A DNA stretch of 64,000 nucleotides from a virus. The notes beneath the pieces were generated by a model. It was not told the origin of the DNA. It saw nothing but the letters and a program-made list of their open reading frames with translations, and made no database searches. The stretch lies in the UHGV virus genome UHGV-0326727; one strand, given 5' to 3'. The position numbers and the translations under genes are program-made. Of the stretch, positions 9,309 through 25,016 are shown one piece after another (the first letter of the stretch is position 1; each line of letters starts with the position of its first letter).

Positions 9309-10661
9309 ATGTGGAATCCAATTGTTAATGTAGATATTACATTGAACACCGCAGGAACTACAAGAGAAGGTTTTGGGCTACCACTATTTTTAGCTTCAAC
9401 AGATAACTTTGAAGAAAGAGTCCGTGGTTACACTTCCTTAACTGAAGTTGCTGAAGATTTCGATGAAAACTCTGCTGCATATAAGGCTGCTAAACAACTT
9501 TGGAGTCAGACTCCTAAAGTAACCCAGCTTTATATTGGTAGACGTGCTATGCAGTACACTGTATCAATTCCTGACTCTGTTACTGAAAGTACCGATTATT
9601 CTTTAACTGTAGCTGTTAGAGGTGGAGTTTCTCAACCATTCCAGTACACTTCACAGTCAGAAGATACTGCTGAGAAGGTGTTACAGCAGCTTAAAACACA
9701 GATTGAAGCAGAACCTTCTGTAAAAGACCTTGTTACTGTCAATGTAACTGGTACTGGTGGTTCAGCAACAATGGTAATCACCAAAGCTGGTGACAACGAC
9801 TTCGTGAAGGTTACTACTACAGCACAAACAGTGTCAATTGCAAGCACAACTGCTGACACAGCATCGACTGCTCTGGCAGCTATTGAAGCTTATTCAACTG
9901 ACTGGTATTTCATTGCAGCAGAAGACAGAACTCAACAGTTTGTCTTAGCAATGGCTTCTGAGATTCAAGCTCGCAAGAAGATTTTCTTTACAGCTAACTC
10001 TGATGTAACAGCACTGCAAGGTACAGAATTAGCCAGTGCAAATGATGTTCCAGCACAACTTGCTAAGAATAAATACACTCGTACAGTTTGCTTGTGGCAT
10101 CACACAGCAGCAGAAGACTATCCAGAAATGGCATACATTGCTTATGGTGCTCCATATGATGCAGGTTCAATTGCTTGGGGTAACGCACAGTTAACTGGTG
10201 TAGCTGCTTCTCTACAACCATCTAATCATAGACCTCTGACAAGTATTCAGAAGTCAGCTTTAGATGCACGTCACTGTAACTTTATTGACCTTGATGGTGG
10301 TGTTCCAGTGGTTCGTAGAGGGATTACTTCTGGTGGGGAATGGATTGATATCATCCGTGGTGTTGACTGGTTAGAATCAGACCTGAAAACTTCTCTGAGA
10401 GACTTGCTAATTAATCAGAAGGGTGGTAAGATTACTTATGATGATACTGGTATTACCCGTATTCGTCAAGTCATTGAAACCTCTCTACAGAGAGCAGTCA
10501 ACAGAAACTTCCTGTCATCTTACACAGTTAATGTTCCTAAAGCCTCTCAAGTTGCTTTAGCAGACAAGAAAGCTCGTATCCTGAAAGATGTTACCTTCTC
10601 AGGTATCTTAGCAGGGGCTATCTTGGATGTTGACTTGAAAGGTACAGTGGCTTACGAATAA
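9309..10661 (+). CDS. Tail sheath protein (putative)
   Basis: 450 aa, followed by a 148-aa tube-like gene, a chaperone pair and a tape measure gene (contractile-tail order). Confidence 0.6.
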   Translation: MWNPIVNVDITLNTAGTTREGFGLPLFLASTDNFEERVRGYTSLTEVAEDFDENSAAYKAAKQLWSQTPKVTQLYIGRRAMQYTVSIPDSVTESTDYSLTVAVRGGVSQPFQYTSQSEDTAEKVLQQLKTQIEAEPSVKDLVTVNVTGTGGSATMVITKAGDNDFVKVTTTAQTVSIASTTADTASTALAAIEAYSTDWYFIAAEDRTQQFVLAMASEIQARKKIFFTANSDVTALQGTELASANDVPAQLAKNKYTRTVCLWHHTAAEDYPEMAYIAYGAPYDAGSIAWGNAQLTGVAASLQPSNHRPLTSIQKSALDARHCNFIDLDGGVPVVRRGITSGGEWIDIIRGVDWLESDLKTSLRDLLINQKGGKITYDDTGITRIRQVIETSLQRAVNRNFLSSYTVNVPKASQVALADKKARILKDVTFSGILAGAILDVDLKGTVAYE

Positions 10662-10676
10662 TAGAGGTAAATTGGA

Positions 10677-11123
10677 ATGGCTATGTATCAGCAATATTCC
10701 CCTAAAGACGTTGTATGTAGCTGGAATGGCATTGCTATTGAAGGCTTTGCTCCAGATTCATTCTTGCGTCTACAGAGAACATCACCACTTATTACACCAG
10801 TTGTAGGTGCGGGTGGTCAGGTTGCTCTGACAAGAAATGCAGACAAGACAGGTACTATTGAGATTGAGCTAATGCAGACTTCTCTCTCTAATCAGATGCT
10901 TTCTGCAATTCAAGCTAAACAAGACAATATGGAACTTGAAGAAGATATCTCTTCTAACTTCGTAATCTACGACCCATCAGGCTCTGTTCTGGCAACTGGT
11001 ATTAATGCTTGGTTGCAGGAACTACCGCAGATTGAACTTGGTCGTGACCAGAACTCTAAGACTTGGATTTTTGGTTGTGAGAAGCTAGACTACACTTCTA
11101 CAATTCCAGCGTCAAGTGTTTAA
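10677..11123 (+). CDS. Tail tube protein (putative)
   Basis: 148 aa, between sheath and chaperones; followed by a strong terminator. Confidence 0.55.
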   Translation: MAMYQQYSPKDVVCSWNGIAIEGFAPDSFLRLQRTSPLITPVVGAGGQVALTRNADKTGTIEIELMQTSLSNQMLSAIQAKQDNMELEEDISSNFVIYDPSGSVLATGINAWLQELPQIELGRDQNSKTWIFGCEKLDYTSTIPASSV

Positions 11124-11135
11124 TAAATCCTATAA

Positions 11136-11167
11136 GGGGGAGACTTTAAAAGGTCTTCCCCTTTTTT
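11136..11167 (+). terminator. Rho-independent terminator after sheath/tube genes
   Basis: 9-bp stem GGGGGAGAC/GTCTTCCCC (one G-U), loop TTTAAAAG, followed by TTTTTT. Confidence 0.7.
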
Positions 11168-11196
11168 GTTTCTTTTAAAAGTATTAAGGAATCACA

Positions 11197-11595
11197 ATGA
11201 AAACAGAAGCTAGAGTAATTAATGGTAAGAAAGTAAATATCATTCTGCTTGGGGCAAGAGATGGTATTAAGATGTCTATGAAGTTGGGTAAAATTGTTGT
11301 TCCAACTTTTGCACAGATGCTATCAAGTCTGACTGATAAAGATAAGAAAGAAGTTCCAATGGTTCCATTTAAAGAACTTGTTGAGGCTTGTTTTGACAGA
11401 ATTGAAGAAATTAACCTTGAAGAAATGGCTACCCTGCTATTTCAAGGGGCAACTGTTGATGACTTCCCACTTAATATTGATACATACTTCCAAGCAAACT
11501 ATGGCGAATTTATTGATTACTTAGCATTTGCGCTGGAGGCAAACTTCGGAAGTTTTTTCGAAGCAAGCATTTTCAAAAGCCTAACTTCTCAGTAA
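11197..11595 (+). CDS. Tail assembly chaperone (G-like, upstream frame)
   Basis: 132 aa directly upstream of tape measure; contains slippery heptamer T_TTT_TTC near its 3' end. Confidence 0.6.
   Translation: MKTEARVINGKKVNIILLGARDGIKMSMKLGKIVVPTFAQMLSSLTDKDKKEVPMVPFKELVEACFDRIEEINLEEMATLLFQGATVDDFPLNIDTYFQANYGEFIDYLAFALEANFGSFFEASIFKSLTSQ
11553..11559 (+). other. Candidate -1 programmed ribosomal frameshift site (slippery heptamer T TTT TTC)
   Basis: X_XXY_YYZ heptamer in frame of ORF 11197; the -1 frame is open from 11517 through 11837. Confidence 0.5.
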
Positions 11596-11597
11596 AC

Positions 11598-11836
11598 ATG
11601 GGTAACACTCTACAGACACCACTAACTGATGCTGCTGTAGAGGCAACCTATGAAGAAGCAGACGAGATGAAATTTGTGCTTGCTATTTATGGTATGGAAG
11701 GGTGTAAAGAAACACTTGACCAACTCTTTGCTATGACATTCTCTGATTTATTATCATTGAGACAATTTCTTGAAATTCAGAGGTCGTATAAAGAGGAAAT
11801 TGCTTACAACGAACTTAGAAGAGCAGGAAAAATGTA

Positions 11837-11837
<1 letters not shown>
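11598..11837 (+). CDS. Tail assembly chaperone, downstream frame (probable GT-like frameshift extension; frame open back to 11517)
   Basis: 79 aa from first ATG; no clear RBS; overlaps -1 frame of upstream ORF; stop overlaps tape measure start. Confidence 0.5.
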
Positions 11838-17221
<5,384 letters not shown>

Positions 17222-17222
<1 letters not shown>

Positions 17223-18691
17223 TGGCAGGATTAACTACAACAGGATTACAAACTCTAAGATATCAGGAAATTTTTGATAATATCAAATCAAGACTTCTTA
17301 GAGATATTTCACCAAACCTTGACGTTTCTGAAGATAGTCAATTAGGACTCTTCCTAGCTTCAATTGCAAGGTCTTTAGCAGATACCCATGAGATTCTATC
17401 AGAAGTCTATGACGGTGGAACAATTGACAAGGCCGAAGGCTTTAACCTTGATGATATTACAGCTTTAAATGCTGTATATAGATATGTTGCTCAGGCAACA
17501 AGAGGTCAGGTAGAGTTTACTGGAACGACTGGTGCTACCATTCCTTCAACAACAAGATTAAGAAGTACTGCCGGAAATATCTTTTATCCAGTTAACAACA
17601 TTACCCTAACCCCATCATATTGTGTTGAAGCTGTCCTTGAAGTTAACTCTTTACGAACTGATGCAGATTATGTTATTATTATTGATAACGTCATTTTCTC
17701 ATATAAACCAACCTCATCAGACACAATCACCACACTTCTAACAAAATTAGCAGAAGCTATTAATGGTGGTATTGTAGCAAAGGCAGAAGTCATTAATGAT
17801 GGAGCATCATTGAGAGTCTATAAAGATGAGGGTGATATCATTGCCAGAACAAACCCTATGGTTGTCACTGCGACAACATTTCTGACCTTTACAAAAATTA
17901 CAACTATTTCAGATGTAGTAGCTGAAGAGGTGGGTGCTACCCCTGCTTTGGCTGGTACACTTATTGAGATTGAGACAACTGTTGATGGTCTTGACAGTAT
18001 TTATAACAGGTATGACTTAACAACTGGTAGAAATGAAGAAACTGACACAGAACTGAGACAGAGATATTTAGAATCCTTAGCAGTTACTGGTGTGGGGACT
18101 TTAGATGCAATTGTAGCTGCTGTTAAAAGAGTTCAAGGTGTCTCAGATGCTTCAGGTGTTGAAAATGATACTGAAGAGACAAACTCAGAAGGTCTTCCAC
18201 CAAAATCTTTTAAGATTGTCGTAGTTGGTGGTCAAAATGATAATGTAGCTCAGGCAATCTGGGACACAAAACCTGCTGGTATTAGGGCTTATGGTTCAAT
18301 TTTTGGTACAGCCTATGATTTAGGTGGCTTGGCACATAATATTTATTTCAGCAGACCAACACCAAAATACGCATTTGTTAAGGTGTCTTACTCACTATAT
18401 GATGAAGAAAGCTTGACAATCCCTGAAGAGGATATCAGAGACAGTATTGTACAAGGTATTAATGCCTACGGAAGAACTCTTAAGGTTGGTAATGATGTTA
18501 TCCCTAATAGAATCTATGGACATATCTATGACGTAATTAAAGGTATTGAGATTAATGAAGTCAAAGTAGCATTATCAAACAGCCAATCAGTTCCACCTAG
18601 TGACGGGCAGTATACCACAGCAAGAATTACTGTTGACGGTGACCAATATACTGTTTGGGAAAGCAGCCAGTATACCATCACTAAGGAGTAA
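17222..18691 (+). CDS. Baseplate J-like protein (putative)
   Basis: 489 aa, position in baseplate module. Confidence 0.5.
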
Positions 18692-18693
18692 TA

Positions 18694-19548
18694 ATGTTTG
18701 AAAAGATTGATAGTGTTTATTACAAAACACTTGATGAACGAACTGTAACACAGTTTAAAGATAAGTTTATCTACACAAGCATCTTGAAAGCAATCACTGA
18801 TGAGTTACAAACACTAGAGGATGTTTGCTGGCAGATGCACACAGAGAGAAATATCAGGACATCAGTAGGTCAACAACTTGATAATATTGGCTCACTGATT
18901 AAAGTTCCTAGACCTTTAGGTGCTGATGATGAAACATATAGAGCTATGCTTTATATCCAAATCTTCCTAAGACGCTCTGACACTACTCCAACATTCTTGC
19001 AAAAAGCAATTATGACACTATATGGTGCAACTTTCTCTCAGATTTTTGAGCATATTACTCCTAAGACTGGTGGTATCGTTATCCGTATTAACACCAGAAA
19101 AAACGTTCTTGATGCTGCATACACGCTATCAAAGATTTCTGCAACAACAACTGGTTCTGCTGTTATCTTAAGAGATGTTACTTTAAAGGGGACTGCTTGG
19201 ACACCTGTAGAGGTTGCTGATTCAGCACTTGCTATTGTTGATGATAAAGAGAACTGGTTCGTGACTGATGCTAACAGGGGTCTTGTTACAAATAACACTG
19301 GTGGCTCTCTGGAGTCCAACCTAGTAGGGAGTCTTGCAGATGCTGGTGTTATTGATGGTTACTTTAAGGTTGACAGAACAGCAAACTCACAGAGTGATGA
19401 TTACATGGCTGTAGATAGGGCTAATAATAGTGGATATTTCATCGTTGGTAAAGAAGCTGTTGCAGGTGGTGCATACGGAATCATGGCTGAGGTTGCACAA
19501 ATTGTCAAAGGCAGAAAAGATAAATCACAACAAGAAGGAAATTCTTAA
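18694..19548 (+). CDS. Baseplate wedge / tail-fibre attachment protein (putative)
   Basis: 284 aa following J-like gene. Confidence 0.4.
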   Translation: MFEKIDSVYYKTLDERTVTQFKDKFIYTSILKAITDELQTLEDVCWQMHTERNIRTSVGQQLDNIGSLIKVPRPLGADDETYRAMLYIQIFLRRSDTTPTFLQKAIMTLYGATFSQIFEHITPKTGGIVIRINTRKNVLDAAYTLSKISATTTGSAVILRDVTLKGTAWTPVEVADSALAIVDDKENWFVTDANRGLVTNNTGGSLESNLVGSLADAGVIDGYFKVDRTANSQSDDYMAVDRANNSGYFIVGKEAVAGGAYGIMAEVAQIVKGRKDKSQQEGNS

Positions 19549-19850
19549 TGGCAGTTTTAAATTGGTCTACAAATGAAGTTGATACTGATGGTAATCAGTT
19601 AAAAGTTTTACCACCACCGGAAATTCAAGAGACAGGTCTTTTAAAGGGTGAACCTATGGGTAGACAGTGGTTCAACTATATTATCAACTACCTGCTGAAT
19701 AAAGTAAACGGCACTGTTGGTGAAGTTCGCTCATATGCAACTGAGCAACCAGATTTAGTGGCTAATGGCTGGAAACTAATTAAGTCTGAGACAGGGACTG
19801 CATCAACAAGCACAAGAAACCTTTACACATATGAATATGTAGGAGCTTAA
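19548..19850 (+). CDS. Hypothetical tail protein (100 aa)
   Basis: ATGA overlap; precedes tail fibre genes. Confidence 0.35.
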   Translation: MAVLNWSTNEVDTDGNQLKVLPPPEIQETGLLKGEPMGRQWFNYIINYLLNKVNGTVGEVRSYATEQPDLVANGWKLIKSETGTASTSTRNLYTYEYVGA

Positions 19851-19852
19851 TA

Positions 19853-21028
19853 ATGGCAGTAGGTGAAATTCAAATTAGTGCCTTGCCACAAGCGGCCTTA
19901 CCAATTGATTTGAGTGATATCTTCCATCTTAAGCAAGGTGTTGAGGATAAAAGATGTACGCTTGAACAGTTGTTAGCACCTCACGCATCTTTGAGGAATA
20001 ATCCTCATGGTGTAACTAAATCACAAGTAGGTCTTGATAATGTTATTAACTCTCTTCAATTAGTTGCAGCTAATAACTTGTCAGATATTGTAAATGTTGC
20101 TGAGGCAAGAGCAAATCTACAAATTATGTCGTCAGAGGAAGTGAATAACTTAATTCAGCAACATATTGACGACAAAAGTAACCCACACAACACAACGAAA
20201 GCACAGGTTGGTTTAAGTAATGTTCAGAACTGGACAACATCCAACCTGTACAATGAAGATGCTGATAAATATGCTACCGCGAGAGCAGTGAATAATCTAT
20301 ACAAAGCTATCCAAGCATCATATCCAGTGGGGACTATTCATCTGTCTGTTAACTCTGCTAACCCATCCACTTACTTGCTTTGTGGAGGTACTTGGGAGTT
20401 GGTTTCTAAAGGTAGGGCGCTTGTTGGTTATGATACAGAAGTTAGACCTGTTGGTTCAACGTTTGGTTCTCAGACTGTAGCATTAACAAATAATAATTTA
20501 CCAGCACACACCCACTCTATCTATTTAACAGGTGGTGGTCACACACACTCTGCAAGCGTATCTATCTCTAGTTTTGATTATGGTTCAAAAAGTACATCAA
20601 CTTTTGATTACGGTACAAAAACGACTAATAGTGCTGGTGCTCACACTCACACGTTTAGCGGCACGACAAGTAATGATGGTAACCATAACCATAGAGTACC
20701 ACTGAGAGGTAATGATAGAAGTGGGGGGGATGCTATTACTGCATCTGCTTATGCTGGGGTTAATAATAATACGTATACTGATTTAGCAGGTGCTCACACC
20801 CATAGCTTCTCAGGCACAACTGCATCATCTGGTGCTCATAACCATACTGTTGCAATTGGTGCTCATAGTCACACTGTTAATATTGGTTCACACAGTCATA
20901 CGGGTACTGTTACTGTCTCTAGCTCTGAACATACACACTCAGGAACATCTGGTTCTGTTGGTGGTGGTCAAGCTTTCAGTGTTGAGCAGCCATCTTTTGT
21001 CGTATATGTATGGCAGAGAACAGCTTAA
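19853..21028 (+). CDS. Tail fibre protein with C-terminal His-x-His repeat (metal-binding tip-like) domain
   Basis: 391 aa; repeated HTHS/HSHT/HNHT motifs and SFDYG(S/T)K repeats in the C-terminal 170 aa. Confidence 0.7.
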   Translation: MAVGEIQISALPQAALPIDLSDIFHLKQGVEDKRCTLEQLLAPHASLRNNPHGVTKSQVGLDNVINSLQLVAANNLSDIVNVAEARANLQIMSSEEVNNLIQQHIDDKSNPHNTTKAQVGLSNVQNWTTSNLYNEDADKYATARAVNNLYKAIQASYPVGTIHLSVNSANPSTYLLCGGTWELVSKGRALVGYDTEVRPVGSTFGSQTVALTNNNLPAHTHSIYLTGGGHTHSASVSISSFDYGSKSTSTFDYGTKTTNSAGAHTHTFSGTTSNDGNHNHRVPLRGNDRSGGDAITASAYAGVNNNTYTDLAGAHTHSFSGTTASSGAHNHTVAIGAHSHTVNIGSHSHTGTVTVSSSEHTHSGTSGSVGGGQAFSVEQPSFVVYVWQRTA

Positions 21029-21037
21029 TTTCTTTAC

Positions 21038-21058
21038 AGGGGCTATAAAGCCCCTTTT
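21038..21058 (+). terminator. Terminator-like hairpin after tail fibre 1
   Basis: AGGGGCT-ATAA-AGCCCCT then TTT. Confidence 0.45.
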
Positions 21059-21074
21059 AAGAGGAAAATTTATA

Positions 21075-23435
21075 ATGGCAGATTACAAATTGAGTCAATT
21101 AAACTCAATCGACACAATTCGTTCAGAAGACCTATTACACATCAGAGTTAAGAAAAGACCTGAAATGTTGGGTGATGAAGACCGTAGAATGACGTATCAA
21201 GACTTCTTAGCTTCCTTCAAACTAGAAAGGTTTGTTCAGATTGCTGGTAGTACTATGGTTGGGGATTTAGGTATTGTCAAGTTACTTTACGGTGGTAAGG
21301 CCATCTTTGACCCTACAGATTCTTCTGAGATTACTATTGGGGATGTTTTAAAGACTTTTAAAATTAACTCAAATGGTCTTAAACTCACTATTGCAGATGC
21401 CACAAGGTCGGCAACTGTTTATCATACTTTGAATAAACCAAGCCCTAATGAACTTGGTATGAGAACTAATGAAGAGAATGATGCAAGATATGCAAGGCTT
21501 GCTGTCACAAATAACTTCAGCATTAGGCAAGCAATTGTAACTGATGGTGAGCAGTTAACTCTTAAGAAGGCAACCAATGCAGGTGCTTCATATATTCAAG
21601 GCAGAGATTCTAATAACCAGCAAACTTGGTATGTTGGACAGGGAAATGCAAACAGTACTAATGTATATTTGTACAATCATGCTACTGGTGCAATGTTAAC
21701 CCTTGATGCAACAGCAGCATTTAATAAGTCACTTAGAATCACTGGTCAAGTCCAACCTTCAGATTTCTCTAACTTAGATGCTAGATACTTTACTCAGACA
21801 GTCGCTAATCAGAGATTTGCACAGTTAGCTGGTAATAACACTTTTACAGGTGCTAATACATTTAGGGCTATGAGTATTATCTCAAATGCTGCTGCTATCA
21901 CACTACAATGTGCATCAGCAAATGAATCTCTGTATCTACTTGCAAAAGATTATCAAGGTGGTAACTTATGGTATGTTGGTAAAGGTAGCTCATGTGATGG
22001 TGTAACTATCTACAACTACACCACTAACACCTCTTTGGTCTTAGATGCTGCTGGAGTATCAGCAAATAAAAATGTCAGAATCACTGGTCAAGTTCAACCT
22101 TCAGATTGGGCTAACATCGACTCTAGATATATTCCGGCAGCAACATTAAGTACGATTGCAAGAACTAATGGAAGTAACACGTTCACTGCAAAGCAGGTTA
22201 TTAACACTAATGGTGAAGCTCTCGTGTTACAAGGAAAATCAACCGCCGCACTTTACATTAGGGGTAAGGATTATGATGGAACGAATAGGTGGTATGTTGG
22301 CAATGACGACGGTAGTGACACTGTTAGTTTGTATAACTATAAAACTGGTAAAAGCCTAAGCATTGGTTCCGAAGTATCAATTAACGCAAACTTAGTAATT
22401 GGTGGTCAAGTACAACCTAGCAACTTCACAAACTTTGATGCAAGGTATTACGGTAAAGCTGAAGCCGATTCAAAGTATATCTGGTCAGCAGCCAGAGGCA
22501 CAGTAAGAGAAGAAGATGGTGGCGTAGCTTGGAATCAACCTTCAGGAATCTATATTGAGACAATCAAAGGTGGTGGGGCAAGCCGTTTAGTTTCGCACAT
22601 GTTCGTTAATTCATTGTCATCAACACCTGCTGCACAATTAATGTTTGATTACAAAAATGGTGGGATGTGGTACAGAACAGCCAGAGACAGACTTGGTTTT
22701 GAGGCTGGATGGTCTAAGGTTTACAACGAAGCTCAGAAACCAACCCCTTCAGAAATTGGTGCATACACTAAAGCTGAAACTGACCAGAAGATTGCAGAAG
22801 CAATTAGTGACTCTACAGACCTGAATAAAATCTATCCAGTAGGTATTGTAACGTGGTTTAACAGCAATGTTAACCCTAATACAGCACTTCCTGGTCTAAC
22901 TTGGACGTACCTGAATAATGGTGTTGGCAGAACTATTAGAATTGCAGCAGCAAATGGTTCAGATGTTGCTACAACTGGTGGTTCAGACTCTGTAACGTTA
23001 TCTGTTGGTAACTTACCTTCACACACACATAGTTTCTCTGCGACCACTTCATCATTTGATTATGGTACTAAGACGACAAATACGACTGGCAACCATGCTC
23101 ACAATAGGGGTAACATGGAAATTTCTGGTGTGGTTGGTTGGTTCAGAAGTGATAACAGTGCATTCTACACTGCGAGCGGTGCGTTTCAGATGGGTAGTTC
23201 TCAGGCTTCACATGGATTCACAGGCTCTAACTTCACTTACGGTGCTGCTGCTGATTTCCACGCGTCAAGAACTTGGACAGGTGTAACCAACACAACTGGC
23301 AACCACGCGCACACTGTTGGTATTGGTGCTCACAGCCACACAGTTAGCGGTAACACAGGTGGTACTGGTTCTGGTTCAGCATTTAGCGTCACTAACCAGT
23401 TCTACAAGTTAATGGCTTGGGTAAGGACTGCTTAA
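21075..23435 (+). CDS. Long tail fibre protein (786 aa) with three internal ~135-aa repeats and C-terminal HxH tip domain
   Basis: Start at ATG 21075 (ORF track start 20790 lies inside fibre 1); triplicated motif (I/V)xGQVQPS(D/N)(F/W)xNxD(A/S)RY; C-terminal SFDYGTKTTNTTGNHAHN and GAHSHTV similar to fibre 1. Confidence 0.75.
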   Translation: MADYKLSQLNSIDTIRSEDLLHIRVKKRPEMLGDEDRRMTYQDFLASFKLERFVQIAGSTMVGDLGIVKLLYGGKAIFDPTDSSEITIGDVLKTFKINSNGLKLTIADATRSATVYHTLNKPSPNELGMRTNEENDARYARLAVTNNFSIRQAIVTDGEQLTLKKATNAGASYIQGRDSNNQQTWYVGQGNANSTNVYLYNHATGAMLTLDATAAFNKSLRITGQVQPSDFSNLDARYFTQTVANQRFAQLAGNNTFTGANTFRAMSIISNAAAITLQCASANESLYLLAKDYQGGNLWYVGKGSSCDGVTIYNYTTNTSLVLDAAGVSANKNVRITGQVQPSDWANIDSRYIPAATLSTIARTNGSNTFTAKQVINTNGEALVLQGKSTAALYIRGKDYDGTNRWYVGNDDGSDTVSLYNYKTGKSLSIGSEVSINANLVIGGQVQPSNFTNFDARYYGKAEADSKYIWSAARGTVREEDGGVAWNQPSGIYIETIKGGGASRLVSHMFVNSLSSTPAAQLMFDYKNGGMWYRTARDRLGFEAGWSKVYNEAQKPTPSEIGAYTKAETDQKIAEAISDSTDLNKIYPVGIVTWFNSNVNPNTALPGLTWTYLNNGVGRTIRIAAANGSDVATTGGSDSVTLSVGNLPSHTHSFSATTSSFDYGTKTTNTTGNHAHNRGNMEISGVVGWFRSDNSAFYTASGAFQMGSSQASHGFTGSNFTYGAAADFHASRTWTGVTNTTGNHAHTVGIGAHSHTVSGNTGGTGSGSAFSVTNQFYKLMAWVRTA

Positions 23436-23442
23436 TCCCTTG

Positions 23443-23471
23443 TTGACTGATTGTTAAGATGGTGTTAATAT
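23443..23471 (+). promoter_or_regulatory. Sigma70-like promoter (TTGACT-N17-TAATAT) with a 9-bp inverted repeat overlapping the spacer
   Basis: TTGACT 23443-23448, TAATAT 23466-23471; inverted repeat AAGATGGTG...CACCATCTT spanning the -10. Confidence 0.45.
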
Positions 23472-23514
23472 TCTTTATGGGTATTCTCACCATCTTGGCT
23501 GATGAGGTGATTAA

Positions 23515-23712
23515 ATGCCTACAATCCTAGCAATTCTTCTAAAAAATCTAGGTAGCTTCTTCTGGAAACTCATTTTATCCCTTCTAAGTGAATACATGAT
23601 TGAGAAAGTGTTCTTTAGGCTTGCAAGATACCTTGCAAGTAAGACAGACACACCTATTGATGATGAGTTCGTAGATAACTTAGAAAAAGCTTTTAAGGGG
23701 GAGAATAAATGA
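23515..23712 (+). CDS. Small hydrophobic protein (65 aa)
   Basis: N-terminal hydrophobic segment ILAILLKNLGSFFWKLILSLL. Confidence 0.4.
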   Translation: MPTILAILLKNLGSFFWKLILSLLSEYMIEKVFFRLARYLASKTDTPIDDEFVDNLEKAFKGENK

Positions 23713-24080
23713 AGTGGCTAGAGGAAGCTTTTAAAAATAATATTGGTGCAATTGTAGTTGGTATTTTTAGTGTTATTGGGATGTATACCACCATGCAAGT
23801 CTCGGAAGGTAAACAAGAAGTGTCTATCACAACAAAATTACAGCAGTTAGATAATTATTCCAAAAGTAATTATTCAGCTATTCGTGATTTACAGTCTGAT
23901 ATGAGGCTGCTTCAGCTAGGGATGGAGAACCAGAAAGTCCAGTTAGAGAATGTTAAGGGTGAGAACGCAAAACTTACTAAGACTCTTGATAAATTCTCTG
24001 ATAGTGTGAACAATCTGGCTCAATCAGTATCAGCCCTCCAAGCTATTACTGAAAAGAACACAAAGAATACTGAAAAGTAA
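23709..24080 (+). CDS. Membrane-anchored coiled-coil protein (123 aa)
   Basis: N-terminal TM helix IGAIVVGIFSVIGMY followed by Gln/Leu/Lys-rich heptad region. Confidence 0.4.
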   Translation: MKWLEEAFKNNIGAIVVGIFSVIGMYTTMQVSEGKQEVSITTKLQQLDNYSKSNYSAIRDLQSDMRLLQLGMENQKVQLENVKGENAKLTKTLDKFSDSVNNLAQSVSALQAITEKNTKNTEK

Positions 24081-24086
24081 AGTTTA

Positions 24087-24117
24087 AGGCTCCTTTTTAC
24101 GGGAGCCTTTTTGTTTT
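24087..24117. terminator. Bidirectional terminator between convergent + and - strand blocks
   Basis: AGGCTCC-TTTTTACG-GGAGCCT, T-rich tract 3' on + strand; lies between stop 24080 (+) and stop 24116 (-). Confidence 0.6.
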
Positions 24118-25015
24118 ATTTACCTACTGATAAAGGTGCTTCAATCTTTCCTGCATGTTGGTAATTATTAATACCACCTATAAAATCACTTGCAGTGAGA
24201 TGTTTTAAGTCACTTAAAGTGTTAAGTGGGATACCAATCTCAAAAGTTGGTGCATGGAACTCTTCATTGTTCATCAGTTCATAAACCTGTTTCATATGGT
24301 TCTGATAAATCTGAGTATCTCCAAAGACACCTATCAAGTACCGTGGAGTGTATCCAGTCATCTTACAAAGAACTTCCAGAATAAAACCGTAAGATGCAAT
24401 ATTAAATGGAAGTCCTAAAAAGGTGTCTACTGAACGCTGATACCATTGTAAGTCAACTTCACCCTCGTTAGTAATATAAATCTGAAACAGAACATGACAA
24501 GGTGCTAGAGCCATTGAGTTTGCTGCAATATCTGCTGCATTCCAAGAATTAACAAGCATGTAACGGTCTGTAATATCACCCTTCATCTTCGTTACTAAGG
24601 TCTCTAACTGGTCTACAACGCAACCATTATGACCTTCAAAGTTTCTCCACTGAACCCCGTAGATTCTTCCACCTGCATCTTCTAACCAATCTTGTTCAGA
24701 AGAATAATTAGAGCTTAACCAGCGTTTAAAATCATCTGACCAGATAGTCCAACGTTCTCCGTCATTTTCACCCCAAGTGCGGAAACGGAGTTCACCAAGC
24801 TTATTCTCTCCGTTCAGGAACCATAAAGCTTCCCCAATAACTTGCCGTGTAAACACCTGTTTAGATGTTAAGAGTGGGAAACCAGTTCGCATATCAAAAC
24901 GAAACTGAGGTGGAGCAAATGCAGAGATAACATCTCCAGTTCGTGTAGTACGCAGTTCACCAACGGATAGAACATGGTTCAGGATATTTTTGTAACTTGA
25001 GTCTGCTTGTGACAT
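24116..25015 (-). CDS. thyA: Thymidylate synthase (ThyA family)
   Basis: 299 aa; catalytic-Cys motif ALAPCH and ThyA-like core (dUMP-binding arginines); adjacent to DHFR. Confidence 0.82.
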   Translation of the reverse strand: MSQADSSYKNILNHVLSVGELRTTRTGDVISAFAPPQFRFDMRTGFPLLTSKQVFTRQVIGEALWFLNGENKLGELRFRTWGENDGERWTIWSDDFKRWLSSNYSSEQDWLEDAGGRIYGVQWRNFEGHNGCVVDQLETLVTKMKGDITDRYMLVNSWNAADIAANSMALAPCHVLFQIYITNEGEVDLQWYQRSVDTFLGLPFNIASYGFILEVLCKMTGYTPRYLIGVFGDTQIYQNHMKQVYELMNNEEFHAPTFEIGIPLNTLSDLKHLTASDFIGGINNYQHAGKIEAPLSVGK

Positions 25016-25016
25016 A

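Noticed and set aside
20790-21074. ORF-track 5' extension of the long tail-fibre ORF
   Set aside because: This part lies inside tail fibre 1 in another frame; translation is hydrophobic nonsense. The real start is ATG 21075 after the terminator and an RBS-like GAGGAAAA.
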